Source of the DNA: Alphaproteobacteria bacterium
Lineage (GTDB): Bacteria; Pseudomonadota; Alphaproteobacteria; UBA828
DNA length: 64,000 nt
Assembly: GCA_963667785.2 (NCBI GenBank)
Contig: CAXXMU010000006.1
Location: forward strand, 512,001 to 576,000
Reading direction: 5' to 3'
Positions 16,451 to 26,956 of the stretch are shown piece after piece (the first letter of the stretch is position 1; every line of letters starts with the position of its first letter). The notes beneath the pieces are model-generated. The model saw only the letters and a list, made by a program, of their open reading frames with translations, was not told where the DNA came from and did no database searches. A program made the position numbers and the translations under genes.

Positions 16451-18517
16451 ATGAGCAGCGGAGCCGACAGCGCCCGTTTCGTGCTCGCCGTCGATGTCGG
16501 CGGCACGTTCACCGACGTGATCCGCCACGACACGGAGACCGGCGCGGTCGAGGTGGCGAAGACCGCGTCGACCCCGCCCGACTTCATCGACGGCATGCTG
16601 GACGGCATCGCCGCCGTCGGCGCCAGGCCTTCCCGGATCAAGCTCATCAAGATCGGCACCACCATCGCCACCAACACGGTCATCATGCGCACCGGCGCGC
16701 GCACCGCGCTGGTGACGACGGCGGGCTTCACCGACGTGCTGCACGCCGCCCGCGCGGCCCGGCCGACTCTCTACGATTCCGACTGGGACCCGGCGCCGGC
16801 GCTGGTGGACCGCCGCGACACCATGACCGTCGCCCAGCGCACCACCTACGAGGGCGAGGAGCTGGAGCCGCTGGACGAGGCGGGCCTGCGCGCCGTCGCC
16901 GCGCGCTTGCGCGAACGCGGCATCGAGGCGGTGGCGGTGAGCTTCCTCCACAGCTACATCAACGACGCGCACGAGCTGAGGGCCCAGGAGATCCTCGGCG
17001 AGGAGATGCCGCAGGGCTATGTCTGCCGCTCCTCCGACATCCTGCCCGAGATCCGCGAGTTCGAGCGCACCAGCACCACCGTCGCCAACGCCTATCTCGG
17101 CCCGGTGCTGGAGCGCTATCTCGCCTCCCTTATCGCCCGCCTCGAGGGCATCGGCTACGCCGGGCCGGTGCTCATCACCCATTCCGGCGGCGGCGTGATG
17201 TCGATCGAGGCGGCGCGGCGCATTCCGGCGCGAATCTGCCAGTCGGGGCCGGCGGCGGGCGTGATGGCAGGCGCCGCCATCGGCCGGCTGGCGGAAAGGC
17301 CCGACGTGATCGTGCTCGACGTGGGCGGCACCAGCGCCGACGTCTCCCTCTCCCGCCGGGGACGCCCGCTGGTCCGGCCCGAGTGGAACATCGAGTTCAA
17401 CATCGTCATCAGCTTCCCCTCGGTGGACGTCACCACCATCGGCGCGGGCGGCGGCTCCATCGCGCGCATCGACGAGGGCGGCGTGCTCAAGGTAGGGCCG
17501 GAAAGCGCCGGCGCACGGCCCGGTCCGGCCTGCTACGGGCTCGGCGGGAGCGAGCCGACCGCGACCGATGCGAACCTCGTGCTCGGCCGCCTCGGCGCGG
17601 ACATGAAGCTCGCCGGCCGCGTCGCGCTCAGCCCGGCGCTCGCCGAGCGGGCGATCGACGGGATCGCGGAGCCCTTAGGCTACTCCCGGGCGGAGGCCGC
17701 GGCCGGCATCCTCAGGGTCATGCGCGCCAACATGGCGGGCGCGATCAGGCTGATGTCGGTGAAGCGCGGCCACGACCCACGCGACTTCGCGCTCGTCGCC
17801 TTCGGTGGCGCAGGCCCGCTCTACGCGGTCGAGCTCGCCCGCGAGCTCGGCATCCCCGAGGTGATCGTGCCGTTCCGCCCCGGCCTCGGCTCGGCCACCG
17901 GCGTGCTCCACGTGGAGGTGCGGCACGACTTCGTGCAGTCGATCTTCGCCACCGACGAGCGCTTCGATGCGGCCGAGATCAACGATGCCTTCGCCGGACT
18001 GGAGGCGCGCGCCCACGCCCGCCTCGGCCGGGACGGCGTGGCGGCCGAGGACGTGGCGCTCCGCCGCGAGATCGATGTGCGCTACTATGGCCAGGTCTCG
18101 GGCGGGCTCACGCTTCCGGTCAAGGCGGGCGCGCTCGACGACAAGGACATAAGGGGCCTCTTCCGCGCCTTCCACGAGCGCCACACCGAGGACTATGGCT
18201 ATACCCTGCCGGAGGACCTTGCCGAGCTCGAGATCGTCAACGCACGCGTCGCCGCGGAGGCGCGCGCCACGGCCGGTGCGGAGCCGAGATTCGGGGCGAA
18301 CGGCACGGGCGAGCCCGCGCCGAGGGGACGCCGGAAGATGTTCGACGAGAGCGAAGGCTGGCTGGAGGCGCCGGTCTACGAGCGCACGACGCTGCCCGCA
18401 GGCTTCGCCATTCCCGGCCCTGCCATCATCGAGCAGCTCGACAGCACGACCCTGCTCGTCCCCGGCTCGGCGGCGCGGGTGGACGAGCGCTTCAACCTGA
18501 TCTGCACGAGCGGGTGA
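16451..18517 (+). CDS. Hydantoinase A / 5-oxoprolinase family subunit
   Basis: DVGGTFTD, GTTIATN, EIREFERTSTT, SGPAAG, DVGGTS, IGAGGGSIA, GPESAGARPGPACY. Confidence 0.95.
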   Translation: MSSGADSARFVLAVDVGGTFTDVIRHDTETGAVEVAKTASTPPDFIDGMLDGIAAVGARPSRIKLIKIGTTIATNTVIMRTGARTALVTTAGFTDVLHAARAARPTLYDSDWDPAPALVDRRDTMTVAQRTTYEGEELEPLDEAGLRAVAARLRERGIEAVAVSFLHSYINDAHELRAQEILGEEMPQGYVCRSSDILPEIREFERTSTTVANAYLGPVLERYLASLIARLEGIGYAGPVLITHSGGGVMSIEAARRIPARICQSGPAAGVMAGAAIGRLAERPDVIVLDVGGTSADVSLSRRGRPLVRPEWNIEFNIVISFPSVDVTTIGAGGGSIARIDEGGVLKVGPESAGARPGPACYGLGGSEPTATDANLVLGRLGADMKLAGRVALSPALAERAIDGIAEPLGYSRAEAAAGILRVMRANMAGAIRLMSVKRGHDPRDFALVAFGGAGPLYAVELARELGIPEVIVPFRPGLGSATGVLHVEVRHDFVQSIFATDERFDAAEINDAFAGLEARAHARLGRDGVAAEDVALRREIDVRYYGQVSGGLTLPVKAGALDDKDIRGLFRAFHERHTEDYGYTLPEDLAELEIVNARVAAEARATAGAEPRFGANGTGEPAPRGRRKMFDESEGWLEAPVYERTTLPAGFAIPGPAIIEQLDSTTLLVPGSAARVDERFNLICTSG

Positions 18518-18522
18518 AGACC

Positions 18523-20379
18523 ATGCAGCTCGACCCCATCACCTTCGAGGTGCTGCGCAACGCTCTCGGCAGCATGTGCGACGAGGGGAGCGAGATGATC
18601 GCCCGCCTCGCCTACGCGCCGACCATCAGCGAGGGCCACGACCACTCCTGCGCGCTGCTGACGGCGGCCGGCCGGCTGGTCGCCCACGGCAACCGGGACC
18701 AGGCGCCGCATATCGGCTCCTTCGAGCCCTCGGTACAGGTGGTGAAGGAGTGGGTGGGCGAGTTCGAGCCCGGCGACATCTACATCTTCAACGACCCCTA
18801 CACCGGCGGCATCCACTGCAACGACGTGAAGCTGATCCGGCCGATCCACCACGAGGGCCGCCTCGTCGCCTTCAACTCCAGCACCGGCCACTGGCCCGAC
18901 GTGGGCGGCGCGCTGCCGGGCAGCTTCAACCCGCGCGCGGTGGACTGCTACTCGGAGGGGCTGCGCATGCCGCCGATGCGGCTCTTCCACAAGGGCGAGC
19001 TCGACCGCACGGTGATGACGCTGATCGAGTACAACATGCGCACCGGCCGCGAGCGCATCGCCGACATCCACGCCCAGCGCCAGGCCGGCTCGCTGATCGA
19101 GGACCGCCTGCTGGAGCTCTACGCCCGCCATGGCGCAGACACCATCGAGGCGCTCTTCGAGGACATCTTCGACTACACCGAGGAGCGCTTTCGCGCCCAG
19201 GTCGCCCAGCTCCCGGACGGGATTTTCGAGTTCGAGGATTTCTCGGACAAGGACATCATGCACCCGGAGACGCCGCGCATCCGGGTGCACTGCCGGCTCA
19301 CCATCGAGGGCGACCGCGCGAGCTTCGACTTCCGCGAGAGCGACGCGGCCCCGGTCGGCCCCTTCGGCTTCCCGCGCGCCTCGCTGGAGACCGCGGTCTT
19401 CGACGGCACGCTGCACTGCTTCCCCCAGCTCGCGCCGCTCAACCACGGGCTGAGCCGGGCGGTCGAGGTGCTGTCGACGCCCGGAAGCTGCGTCCATATC
19501 GAGGAGCCGACGCCGGCATCGGGCTATGCCAGCGGTGCCTACGAGAAGGTGGCGGCGGTCACCATGGCCTGCTGGGCGGCGGCGTTCCAGGACACCGACC
19601 CGAAGCGCATGTACGCCGCCGGCATCAACCTCGCGAACCTCTGCATCGGCGGCGTCCACCCGAAGACCGGCAAGCACTACGTCAACTATCTCTGGAACGA
19701 GGGCGGCCAGGGCGCGCGCAGCTACAAGGACGGCAACCCCTTCCAGATGATGATCTTCATCGGCGGCGCCACCAACCAGCCGGTGGAGATCCTGGAGCGC
19801 TGGTACCCGCTGCTCTACACCAACTGCGAGGGGGTCACGGATTCCTGCGGCGACGGCACCTGGCGCGGCGGAGTGGGGATCGACCGGAGCTTCAAGACCC
19901 TCGGCGCCATGACCATGACCATGCACGGCGACCGTGCCGAGGTGACCCCCTTCGGCCTCGCCGGCGGCACCAACGGCGGCCCCAACACGCTCCGGCTCCG
20001 CCGCGCCGCCGCGCCGGGCGAGGAGGAGGAGCTCGGCATGCACGCCATGGGCATCCGGCTCGCGCCCGGCGACCAGCTCATCTACCGCTCGAACGGCGGC
20101 GGCGGATTCGGCGACCCGCTGGCGCGGCCGCCCGAGGCCGTGCTGGCGGACATCGAGCAGGGCTGGATCACGCGCGCGAAGGCCGAGCGGGTCTATGGCG
20201 TCGTCGTGGCCGGCGGCAACGGCGCGGGCGAGCCCTTGCGCATCGACGAGACGGCGACGGCACGGCGGCGAGCGAGCGCCCGGCCGCCGGCGGAAGGCTA
20301 CGGGCCGGGCGAGGCGCATCCGCTGGGGCGGCTTCTCAAGGCGCCCGGAAACGGGGCGGGCGCCGGAACGCACGGATAA
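18523..20379 (+). CDS. Hydantoinase B / 5-oxoprolinase family subunit
   Basis: LDPITFEV, NDPYTGGIHCND, HWPDVGG..PGS, EGLRMPP, GGGGFGDPLAR. Confidence 0.95.
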   Translation: MQLDPITFEVLRNALGSMCDEGSEMIARLAYAPTISEGHDHSCALLTAAGRLVAHGNRDQAPHIGSFEPSVQVVKEWVGEFEPGDIYIFNDPYTGGIHCNDVKLIRPIHHEGRLVAFNSSTGHWPDVGGALPGSFNPRAVDCYSEGLRMPPMRLFHKGELDRTVMTLIEYNMRTGRERIADIHAQRQAGSLIEDRLLELYARHGADTIEALFEDIFDYTEERFRAQVAQLPDGIFEFEDFSDKDIMHPETPRIRVHCRLTIEGDRASFDFRESDAAPVGPFGFPRASLETAVFDGTLHCFPQLAPLNHGLSRAVEVLSTPGSCVHIEEPTPASGYASGAYEKVAAVTMACWAAAFQDTDPKRMYAAGINLANLCIGGVHPKTGKHYVNYLWNEGGQGARSYKDGNPFQMMIFIGGATNQPVEILERWYPLLYTNCEGVTDSCGDGTWRGGVGIDRSFKTLGAMTMTMHGDRAEVTPFGLAGGTNGGPNTLRLRRAAAPGEEEELGMHAMGIRLAPGDQLIYRSNGGGGFGDPLARPPEAVLADIEQGWITRAKAERVYGVVVAGGNGAGEPLRIDETATARRRASARPPAEGYGPGEAHPLGRLLKAPGNGAGAGTHG

Positions 20380-20407
20380 CGAGCAGACGAGTACCGGGAG
20401 GTTCGGC

Positions 20408-21430
20408 ATGGAGTTCGGCATTGCCTTCAAGGGCGACATCGGGATGGAGCGCACGGTCGCGATCGCGCGCCAGTGCGAGGCGGCAGGCTTCGACTACGTC
20501 TGGTTCTTCGATTCCCACATCCTCTGGTCCGACTGCTACACCAAGATGGCGGTCTGCATGGCGCATACCGAGCGGGTGCGCTTCGGCCCGCTGGTGACCA
20601 ACCCCAAGGTGCGCGACTGGTCGGTGGCAGCCAGCCTTTTTGCGACGTTGAGCGACATCGGGCGCGGGCGCTTCGACATCGCCGTCGGGCGCGGCGACAG
20701 CTCCATGCGGGTCATGGGCAAGTCACCGGCGACGCTGGCGTATACCGCCGAGTTCTGCCAGGCGATGCGGGGCATGGTGGCGGGCGAGACCGTGCAGTAC
20801 GCCGACTGCCCGGAGCCCGTCTACATGGACTGGGTCGCCGGCCACCCCCTGCCGGTCTGGTTCGCGGCCTACGGGCCGAAGGCGCTCAAGACCGCCGGCG
20901 AGGTGGGCGACGGGCTCATCATCCAGCTCGCCGACGTGGGCCTCTGCGAGTGGTTCGGCGGCCAGGCCAAGGCGGCAGGCGAGGCGGCAGGTCGCGACAC
21001 GAGCGGCTACCGGGTGCTCGCGGCCGCGCCCGTCTGGGTCGGCGACAAGGAGGCCGGCGTCGCCCAGACCAAGTGGTTCCCGGCGCTGGTCGGCAACCAC
21101 GTGGCCGACATCGTGGAGAAGTACGGCGCCGGCACCGACCTCGTGCCCGACAGCCTCACCGCCTACATCGAGGCGCGGCGCGGCGCAGGCGCCGGCGGCG
21201 AGGGCTACAACTATCGCCAGCACGCCGACAAGGTCTCCGACAACACCTATTACATCACGCCGGAGATCACCGATTCCTTCTGCGTCCTGGGCGAGCCGGA
21301 CGAGCACGTGGCCAAGCTCAAGGCGCTTCAGAAGGCAGGCGTGACCCAGTTCACCATCTATCTCACCAACGGCGCGGAGGAGCGTATCGTCGCCGACTAC
21401 GGCGACCACGTGATCCCGCACTTCCGCTGA
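20408..21430 (+). CDS. LLM-class oxidoreductase (TIGR03842-like)
   Basis: GFDYVWFFDSHILW, GPLVTNP..RDWSV.ASLFATL, GRGDS, AAYGPKAL. Confidence 0.88.
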   Translation: MEFGIAFKGDIGMERTVAIARQCEAAGFDYVWFFDSHILWSDCYTKMAVCMAHTERVRFGPLVTNPKVRDWSVAASLFATLSDIGRGRFDIAVGRGDSSMRVMGKSPATLAYTAEFCQAMRGMVAGETVQYADCPEPVYMDWVAGHPLPVWFAAYGPKALKTAGEVGDGLIIQLADVGLCEWFGGQAKAAGEAAGRDTSGYRVLAAAPVWVGDKEAGVAQTKWFPALVGNHVADIVEKYGAGTDLVPDSLTAYIEARRGAGAGGEGYNYRQHADKVSDNTYYITPEITDSFCVLGEPDEHVAKLKALQKAGVTQFTIYLTNGAEERIVADYGDHVIPHFR

Positions 21431-21496
21431 TCCGGCCCGGAAGCGGGCGGGCGATCGCGCGGAGCGAACACGAGACCAGACCGAGGAGGAGGCACC

Positions 21497-21889
21497 ATGC
21501 TGAAGCGGCACAACCCGGCCACCGTCGTCGAGGCCTTCGGCGGCGGCTACAGCCAGGCGCTCGAGATCCCGGCGGGTGCCCGGCTCGTCTACACCGCGGG
21601 CCAGGTGGGCGTCGCGCCGGACGGCACCACGGCAGAGGGCTTCGCCGCCCAGGCCGACCAGACCTGGGCCAACATCCTCGCGCTGCTCGCCGAGGGCGGC
21701 ATGGGGGTGGACGATATCGTGAAGATCACCGGCTACATCGTCGGCCACGAGAACTTCCCGGCCTACGCGGCGGCGCGGAAGAAGGCGCTCGGCGGCGTGC
21801 GCCCGGCGTCCACCGCCATCATCGTGCCGGCGCTGGCGCTGACGGAATGGCTGGTCGAGATCGAGGCGATGGCCGCGAAGGTGGACTGA
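21497..21889 (+). CDS. RidA/YjgF family protein
   Basis: YSQA, AGQVG, QTWANI..LL, RPAST, LVEIEA. Confidence 0.92.
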   Translation: MLKRHNPATVVEAFGGGYSQALEIPAGARLVYTAGQVGVAPDGTTAEGFAAQADQTWANILALLAEGGMGVDDIVKITGYIVGHENFPAYAAARKKALGGVRPASTAIIVPALALTEWLVEIEAMAAKVD

Positions 21890-21935
21890 GCGGGCCGCAG
21901 GCCCGGCCCGCGCCTGACGCGGGAGCGGAGGGACC

Positions 21936-22310
21936 ATGGTAACGCCATCCATGCAACTGATCGGCGAGGCGCTGGCCGAGGTCGCCAGCATCTCGGTGGA
22001 CGACGCGCTGGCGCTCGCGGGCGGCGACGATGCCGTCTTCGTCGACGTGCGTGAGCGCGCCGAGCACGCCGCCGGCACGATCGCAGGATCGGTCGCCGCG
22101 CCGCGCGGCTTCCTGGAGTTCATCGCCGACCCGGCCTCGCCGATGCACGACCCGGCGCTCTCTGCCGGCAAGAGGCTGGTGATCTACTGCGCCTCGGGCG
22201 GCCGCTCCGCGCTCGCCGCCAAGACCCTGCAGGACATGGGGTACGCGGACGTCGCGAACCTCACCGGCGGCTTCCAGGCCTGGAGCGAGGCGGGCGGTCC
22301 CACCGAATGA
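21936..22310 (+). CDS. Rhodanese-like sulfurtransferase
   Basis: VDVRE, PRGFLEF, YCASGGRSALAA, GGFQAW. Confidence 0.92.
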   Translation: MVTPSMQLIGEALAEVASISVDDALALAGGDDAVFVDVRERAEHAAGTIAGSVAAPRGFLEFIADPASPMHDPALSAGKRLVIYCASGGRSALAAKTLQDMGYADVANLTGGFQAWSEAGGPTE

Positions 22311-23566
22311 CGACGCGCCGGGCGGCGGACCCTCCGGCCATGCCGCTCGATACCGACTTCGCCCGCGCGCACTTCCCGGCCCTCGCCGGCCCCTGGGCGC
22401 TGTTCGAGAACGCCGGCGGCACGCTGGCCGCAGACCCCGTTCTGGAGCGCATCCGCAGCTACATGGACGAGTGCCAGGTGCAGCCCGGCGCGGCCTACCC
22501 GGCGTCTGCCCGCGCGGCCACGATGATCGCGGAGAGCCACCGGGAGATGGCCGCCATGATCAACGCCTCGCCGGAAGAGGTGATGATCGGGCCGTCGACG
22601 ACGATGAACGTCTTCCTCCTCGCGCAGGCGCTCAGGCCGGGCCTGCGCGAGGGCGACGAGATCGTCGTCACCGACCTCGACCACGAGGCGAATGTCGGCG
22701 CCTGGCGCCGGCTCGCGGGCGACGGCATCACGCTGCGCGAGTGGCGCTTCGATCGGGACAGCAGGGCGCTCGAGCCCGAAGACCTCGCCGCGCTGCTGAG
22801 CGAGCGCACCCGCCTCGTCTGCTTCGGCCACTGCTCCAACATCACCGGCGGCCTCACCGACGTGCCGGCGCTGGTGCGCATGATCCACGACGCCGGCGCG
22901 CTCGCCTGCGTGGACGGCGTCGCCTACGCCGCGCACCGCCTGATCGACGTGAAGGCGTGGGACGTCGATTTCTACCTGTGCTCGACCTACAAGCTCTTCG
23001 GGCCGCATCTCGCGCTGCTCTACGGCAAGCGCGAGCACCTGGAGCGGGCGGCGCCACTCAACCACTTCTTCCTCGACGACGCGCTGCCTCTGAAGCTCAA
23101 CCCCGGCGGCCCCAACCATGAGCTGAGCGCGGGCCTCGCCGGCATCACCGCCTATCTCGACGCGCTGCACGCCCACCACGAGGGGGAGAGCAACCGGCCG
23201 CTGCACGGCCGCCTCGCCGCGCTCTTCGAGCGCGTGGCGGCGCACGAGGAGGCGCTGGCCGGGCCGCTGCTGGAGTTCCTCGCATCGAAGGCGGGCGTCC
23301 GCGTCATCGGCAGCCCGAGTGCCGACCGGCGGCTGCGGGCGCCCACCGTCGCCTTCACGGTCGACGGGCGCGATGCCGGCGAGATCGCCCGCGCCGTCGC
23401 CGCCCGCGAGGTCGCCATCGGCGCCGGCGATTTTTACGCCGCCCGCTGCATCGAGGCTCTTGGTCTCGCCGAGCGTGGCGGCGTCGTCCGCGCCAGCATG
23501 GTCCACTACAACACGGCGGACGAGGTGGAGCGCCTGATCCGCGCCCTCGACGAAGCGATCCCCTAA
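22307..23566 (+). CDS. Cysteine desulfurase-like class V PLP enzyme
   Basis: FENAGG, DHEANVGAW, CSNITG, DGVAYAAH, STYKLFGPH, VRASMVHYN. Confidence 0.9.
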   Translation: MTTRRAADPPAMPLDTDFARAHFPALAGPWALFENAGGTLAADPVLERIRSYMDECQVQPGAAYPASARAATMIAESHREMAAMINASPEEVMIGPSTTMNVFLLAQALRPGLREGDEIVVTDLDHEANVGAWRRLAGDGITLREWRFDRDSRALEPEDLAALLSERTRLVCFGHCSNITGGLTDVPALVRMIHDAGALACVDGVAYAAHRLIDVKAWDVDFYLCSTYKLFGPHLALLYGKREHLERAAPLNHFFLDDALPLKLNPGGPNHELSAGLAGITAYLDALHAHHEGESNRPLHGRLAALFERVAAHEEALAGPLLEFLASKAGVRVIGSPSADRRLRAPTVAFTVDGRDAGEIARAVAAREVAIGAGDFYAARCIEALGLAERGGVVRASMVHYNTADEVERLIRALDEAIP

Positions 23567-23582
23567 GCGTGAGGGAACGGTG

Positions 23583-24215
23583 CTACAGCTTGCGGGCCTG
23601 GGCGATGGGGAGGTCGGCGATGCGGGCGTACTCGCCGGTCGCGAACGCAGCCGGATCGTCCAGGTAATCCAGCACCAGATCTGTGGCGTCGAAGCCCCAG
23701 AAGAGCTCGTCCCCGATGGCGAAGGTGGGGACGCCGAAGACCCCGCGTTCCGCCGCCTCCTCGGTGCCCCGCCTGAGCGCCTCCTTCACCTCGGGCCGGG
23801 CGATCAGCGCGTCGGCGTCGGCGATGCCGAGGCGCCCGGTGAGCGCGCGCCACTCCTCGTCGCGAGAGAGGTCGCGCCCGTCGGCCCACACCGCGTCGAA
23901 GAGCGCGCGCACCAGCGCAGGCTCGGCGTCACGCGCGACGGCGAGCCTGAGCAGGCGCAGCGGGTTGAAGGGGTGCGCCGGCGGCATGCGAAAGGGGATG
24001 CCGTGGCGCGCCGCGTACCAGTGGCACCAGCGATAGGTGTGCAGGCGCTTGGCCGGAATCTCCGCCGGCCCCTTGTGCTTCCAGTGGCCGAGAAGACCGG
24101 CGAACAGGACCGGGCGCAGGGTGACGTTCAGATCGGGTGGCAGGCTGTCGAAGCGGACGAGTTGCAGATAGGAGAAGGGGGAGAGAAAATCGAAGTACCA
24201 GTCGGCGGCCCGCAT
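23583..24215 (-). CDS. 2-hydroxychromene-2-carboxylate isomerase / DsbA-like family protein
   Basis: YFDFLSPFSYL, HPFNPL, RGVFGVPTF...LFWG.D. Confidence 0.9.
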   Translation of the reverse strand: MRAADWYFDFLSPFSYLQLVRFDSLPPDLNVTLRPVLFAGLLGHWKHKGPAEIPAKRLHTYRWCHWYAARHGIPFRMPPAHPFNPLRLLRLAVARDAEPALVRALFDAVWADGRDLSRDEEWRALTGRLGIADADALIARPEVKEALRRGTEEAAERGVFGVPTFAIGDELFWGFDATDLVLDYLDDPAAFATGEYARIADLPIAQARKL

Positions 24216-24318
24216 CGGCCCATCCCCTTGTTCTGACTACCGGTTGGGCGGCCGATTGTGCCCGCTTTCGCTTAGACGTGCGAGGGTGCGCGGGATGGGG
24301 AGAGACGGCGGAGGGACG

Positions 24319-25053
24319 ATGAGCGACACGGAGCGCGAGGCGCGGGTGGACCTGGCGGCGGCCTACAGGCTCGCCTGCCATCACGGGCTCAACGAGGGCG
24401 TCTGCAACCACTTCTCCCTCATGCTGCCGGGGAGCAGCGAGCGGTTCCTGCTGATCGGCTACGGCACCCACTGGAGCGAGGTGACGGCCAGCACGCTGCT
24501 CCTCGTCGACCTGGACGGCAACCTGATCGCGGGCGAGGGCGAGGTGGAGGAGACCGCCATCTGCCTCCACGCCCCCCTCCACAAGGCGCGGCCGGACCTG
24601 CGCTGCCTGATGCACACCCACCAGCCCAACGTGCTGGCGCTCGCCATGACCGAGGGGGGCCAACTGGAGCCCGCGAGCCAGAACGCGCTCCGCTTCAGCC
24701 GCCGCATCGCCTATGACCGGGACTACGGCGGCGTGGCGCTGGAGGAGGACGAGGGCGACCGCGTGGCCCGCGCCATGCGCGGCGCCGACATCCTCTTCAT
24801 GGGCAATCACGGCGTGATGGTGGGGGGAGCGGACGTCGCCAAGACCTATGACGATCTCTACTACCTGGAGCGCGCGGCGATGGTCCAGATCCTCGCCATG
24901 AGCACCGGCCGCCCGCTGGCGACGATCCCGTCCGAGATGGAGGAGGAGACCGTGCGCCAGCTCTCGCGGGACAACAGGCACCGCTACGCGACCGCCCACT
25001 TCGCGGCGCTCAAGCGGATGCTGGACCGGACCGAGCCCGACTACCGCGACTAG
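24319..25053 (+). CDS. Class II aldolase/adducin family protein
   Basis: RVDLAAAYR, NHFS, HTH, NHGV, YYLERA; its TAG stop is part of the CTAG of MITE copy 2. Confidence 0.9.
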   Translation: MSDTEREARVDLAAAYRLACHHGLNEGVCNHFSLMLPGSSERFLLIGYGTHWSEVTASTLLLVDLDGNLIAGEGEVEETAICLHAPLHKARPDLRCLMHTHQPNVLALAMTEGGQLEPASQNALRFSRRIAYDRDYGGVALEEDEGDRVARAMRGADILFMGNHGVMVGGADVAKTYDDLYYLERAAMVQILAMSTGRPLATIPSEMEEETVRQLSRDNRHRYATAHFAALKRMLDRTEPDYRD

Positions 25054-25273
25054 AGCGCTTTTCGTTCAGACACGATCGCAGCGAGTTGCTGCGGGTGCCC
25101 AGTCTTCGTGCGGTGTTGCCCGAGCTTCCCCCCACCTCACCCCGGCCCTCTCCGCCCCCAGGGGCGGAGAGGGAGAGAAGGCGGCGCCGTCGCGTTCCCC
25201 CTCCGCCTTTGGGGGAGGGGGATAGGGGGAGGTGGGAGCCGTGGTGACCTCGTATGGTCGGATAATGCTCTAG
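25050..25273 (-). mobile_element. CTAG-flanked MITE/REP composite, copy 2
   Basis: Reverse complement of copy 1, CTAG at both ends. Confidence 0.9.
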
Positions 25274-25280
25274 GCGTCTC

Positions 25281-25964
25281 CTAGGCGTCCCCCCGGTAGC
25301 CGGTGGCGAGGACGTAGGTCTCGGCCGATTCCCGGCGGCTCGCCGCGGGCTTCACGTGGCGCACCCGCCGGAAGGCGCGGCGCAGCCGGGCCTGAAGCGC
25401 GCCGTCCGCCCCCTGCCTGAGCTTGGCGAGGAAGCTCCCGCCGGGGGCGAGCAGCGGCTCCGCGAGGTCGAGCGCGGTCTCGCAGAGCGCCGTCACGCGC
25501 AGCCGGTCGGTCGGCGCGTGGCCCGTGGTCGGCGCCGCCATGTCGCTCATCACCAGGTCCGCCCGCCCGCCGAGGGCGACGCGGATACGGTCGAGCGCAT
25601 CCGCGGCGTGCGCATCCAGCGTCAGCACGACGACCCCCTCGATCGGCTCGATGGCGGTGGTATCGACCGCGACGACGCGGCCCTCCCTGCCCACCCGTTC
25701 CGCCGCCACCTGGCTCCAGCCGCCGGGCGCGGCGCCGAGGTCGACCACCCGTTGCCCCGGCCCGAGGATGTCGGCCGTCTCGGCGAGGCCGATCAGCTTG
25801 TAGGCGGCGCGCGAGCGGTAGCCGGCCTCCCGCGCCGCACGGACGTAGGGGTCGTTGAGCTGACGCTCGAGCCAGCGGGCCGACGACGGCTTGCGGCGGC
25901 GCGCGCGCTTGAGCCTGACCGCAGCCCGGCGCTTGTCGGGGCGGCCGCCGCGCGAGGCGCTCAC
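25281..25964 (-). CDS. rlmE: 23S rRNA U2552 2'-O-methyltransferase
   Basis: SSARWLERQLNDPYV, GYRSRAAYKL, DLGAAPGGWSQ, SDMAA, VKP.ASR.ES.E.Y. Confidence 0.95.
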   Translation of the reverse strand: MSASRGGRPDKRRAAVRLKRARRRKPSSARWLERQLNDPYVRAAREAGYRSRAAYKLIGLAETADILGPGQRVVDLGAAPGGWSQVAAERVGREGRVVAVDTTAIEPIEGVVVLTLDAHAADALDRIRVALGGRADLVMSDMAAPTTGHAPTDRLRVTALCETALDLAEPLLAPGGSFLAKLRQGADGALQARLRRAFRRVRHVKPAASRRESAETYVLATGYRGDA

Positions 25965-26956
25965 GGGCGGGCGTTCTCCCCTTCGCCGGCGCCGTCAGCC
26001 CGCATCATGCGCAGCAGCATGCCCTCCCGCAGGCCCCGGTCGGCGACGTCGAGGTAGCGGGACGGGCAGGCGGCCATGACCGCATCGAGGATGGCGCAGC
26101 CGGCGACCACCACGTCGCCGCGCCCCGGCCCGATGCAGGGTTGCGCCGCCCGGGTGGCGAAATCCTGGCCGACGATCGTCTCGATCACCGCCGCCACGTC
26201 GCCGAACCCGAGTCTCAGCCCGTCCACCTTCTCCCGGTCGTAACGGGGGAGGTCCAGGTGTATGCCGGCGATGGTGGTGACGGTGCCGGAGGTGCCGAGG
26301 AGCTGGACGGTGCCGGCGGCGGCGCCCGCCGCGATCTCGTGCTCCGCCGCGAAGGGGGAGATCGCGGCGTCGATCTCGGCGACCATCGCGGCATAGGCCG
26401 TGCCGTCGACCCGGTCGCCGCCGTAGCGCTCGGCGAGCGAGACGACCCCGTGGCCGACGGAGGTCCACGCCGCGAGCACGGGCGGGCCGTCGCCATCGAG
26501 GCGGATCCAGACGAGCTCGGTGCTGCCGCCGCCGATATCGAGAAGCAGCACGCGGCGCATGGTGCGGTCGAACAGCGGCGCGCAGCCCTCGAGCGCGAGC
26601 TGCACCTCCTCGGCGGGCGAGATGATCTCGATGGCGAGCCCGGTCTCGTCGTCGGCCCGCTCGACGAACGCCTGCCTGTTCTCGGCGCGCCGGCAGGCCT
26701 CGGTGGCCACCGCCCGGTAACGGCGGACGCCGCCCCGCCGGAGCTTACCGGCGCATACCCTGAGCGCACCGATGGTCCGCTCGATCGCCTGTTCCGAGAG
26801 ACGCCCCGACTGCGCCACGCCCTCGCCGAGCCGCACGATGCGGGAGAAGGCGTCGGTGACCCGAAAACCCTCCGCTTCCGGCCGCGCGACGAGGAGCCGG
26901 CAATTGTTGGTGCCGAGGTCGAGCGCGCCGAATGAAGGGCCGGGCCTTTCGTTCAC
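25961..26956 (-). CDS. ppx: Ppx/GppA exopolyphosphatase family protein
   Basis: ALDLGTNNCRLL, FSRIVRLGEG, ATEACR, DIGGGSTE, GTSGT, ADRGLREG. Confidence 0.92.
   Translation of the reverse strand: MNERPGPSFGALDLGTNNCRLLVARPEAEGFRVTDAFSRIVRLGEGVAQSGRLSEQAIERTIGALRVCAGKLRRGGVRRYRAVATEACRRAENRQAFVERADDETGLAIEIISPAEEVQLALEGCAPLFDRTMRRVLLLDIGGGSTELVWIRLDGDGPPVLAAWTSVGHGVVSLAERYGGDRVDGTAYAAMVAEIDAAISPFAAEHEIAAGAAAGTVQLLGTSGTVTTIAGIHLDLPRYDREKVDGLRLGFGDVAAVIETIVGQDFATRAAQPCIGPGRGDVVVAGCAILDAVMAACPSRYLDVADRGLREGMLLRMMRADGAGEGENARP

Noticed and set aside
16276-20379. 1367-aa ORF as a fused hydantoinase
   Set aside because: The first ~750 aa are an off-frame overlap of hydantoinase A; the real B subunit starts near 18523.
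25270-25289. CTAGGCGTC direct repeat beside MITE copy 2 as a 9-bp target duplication
   Set aside because: Both copies lie on the same side of the element and no other copy shows this.
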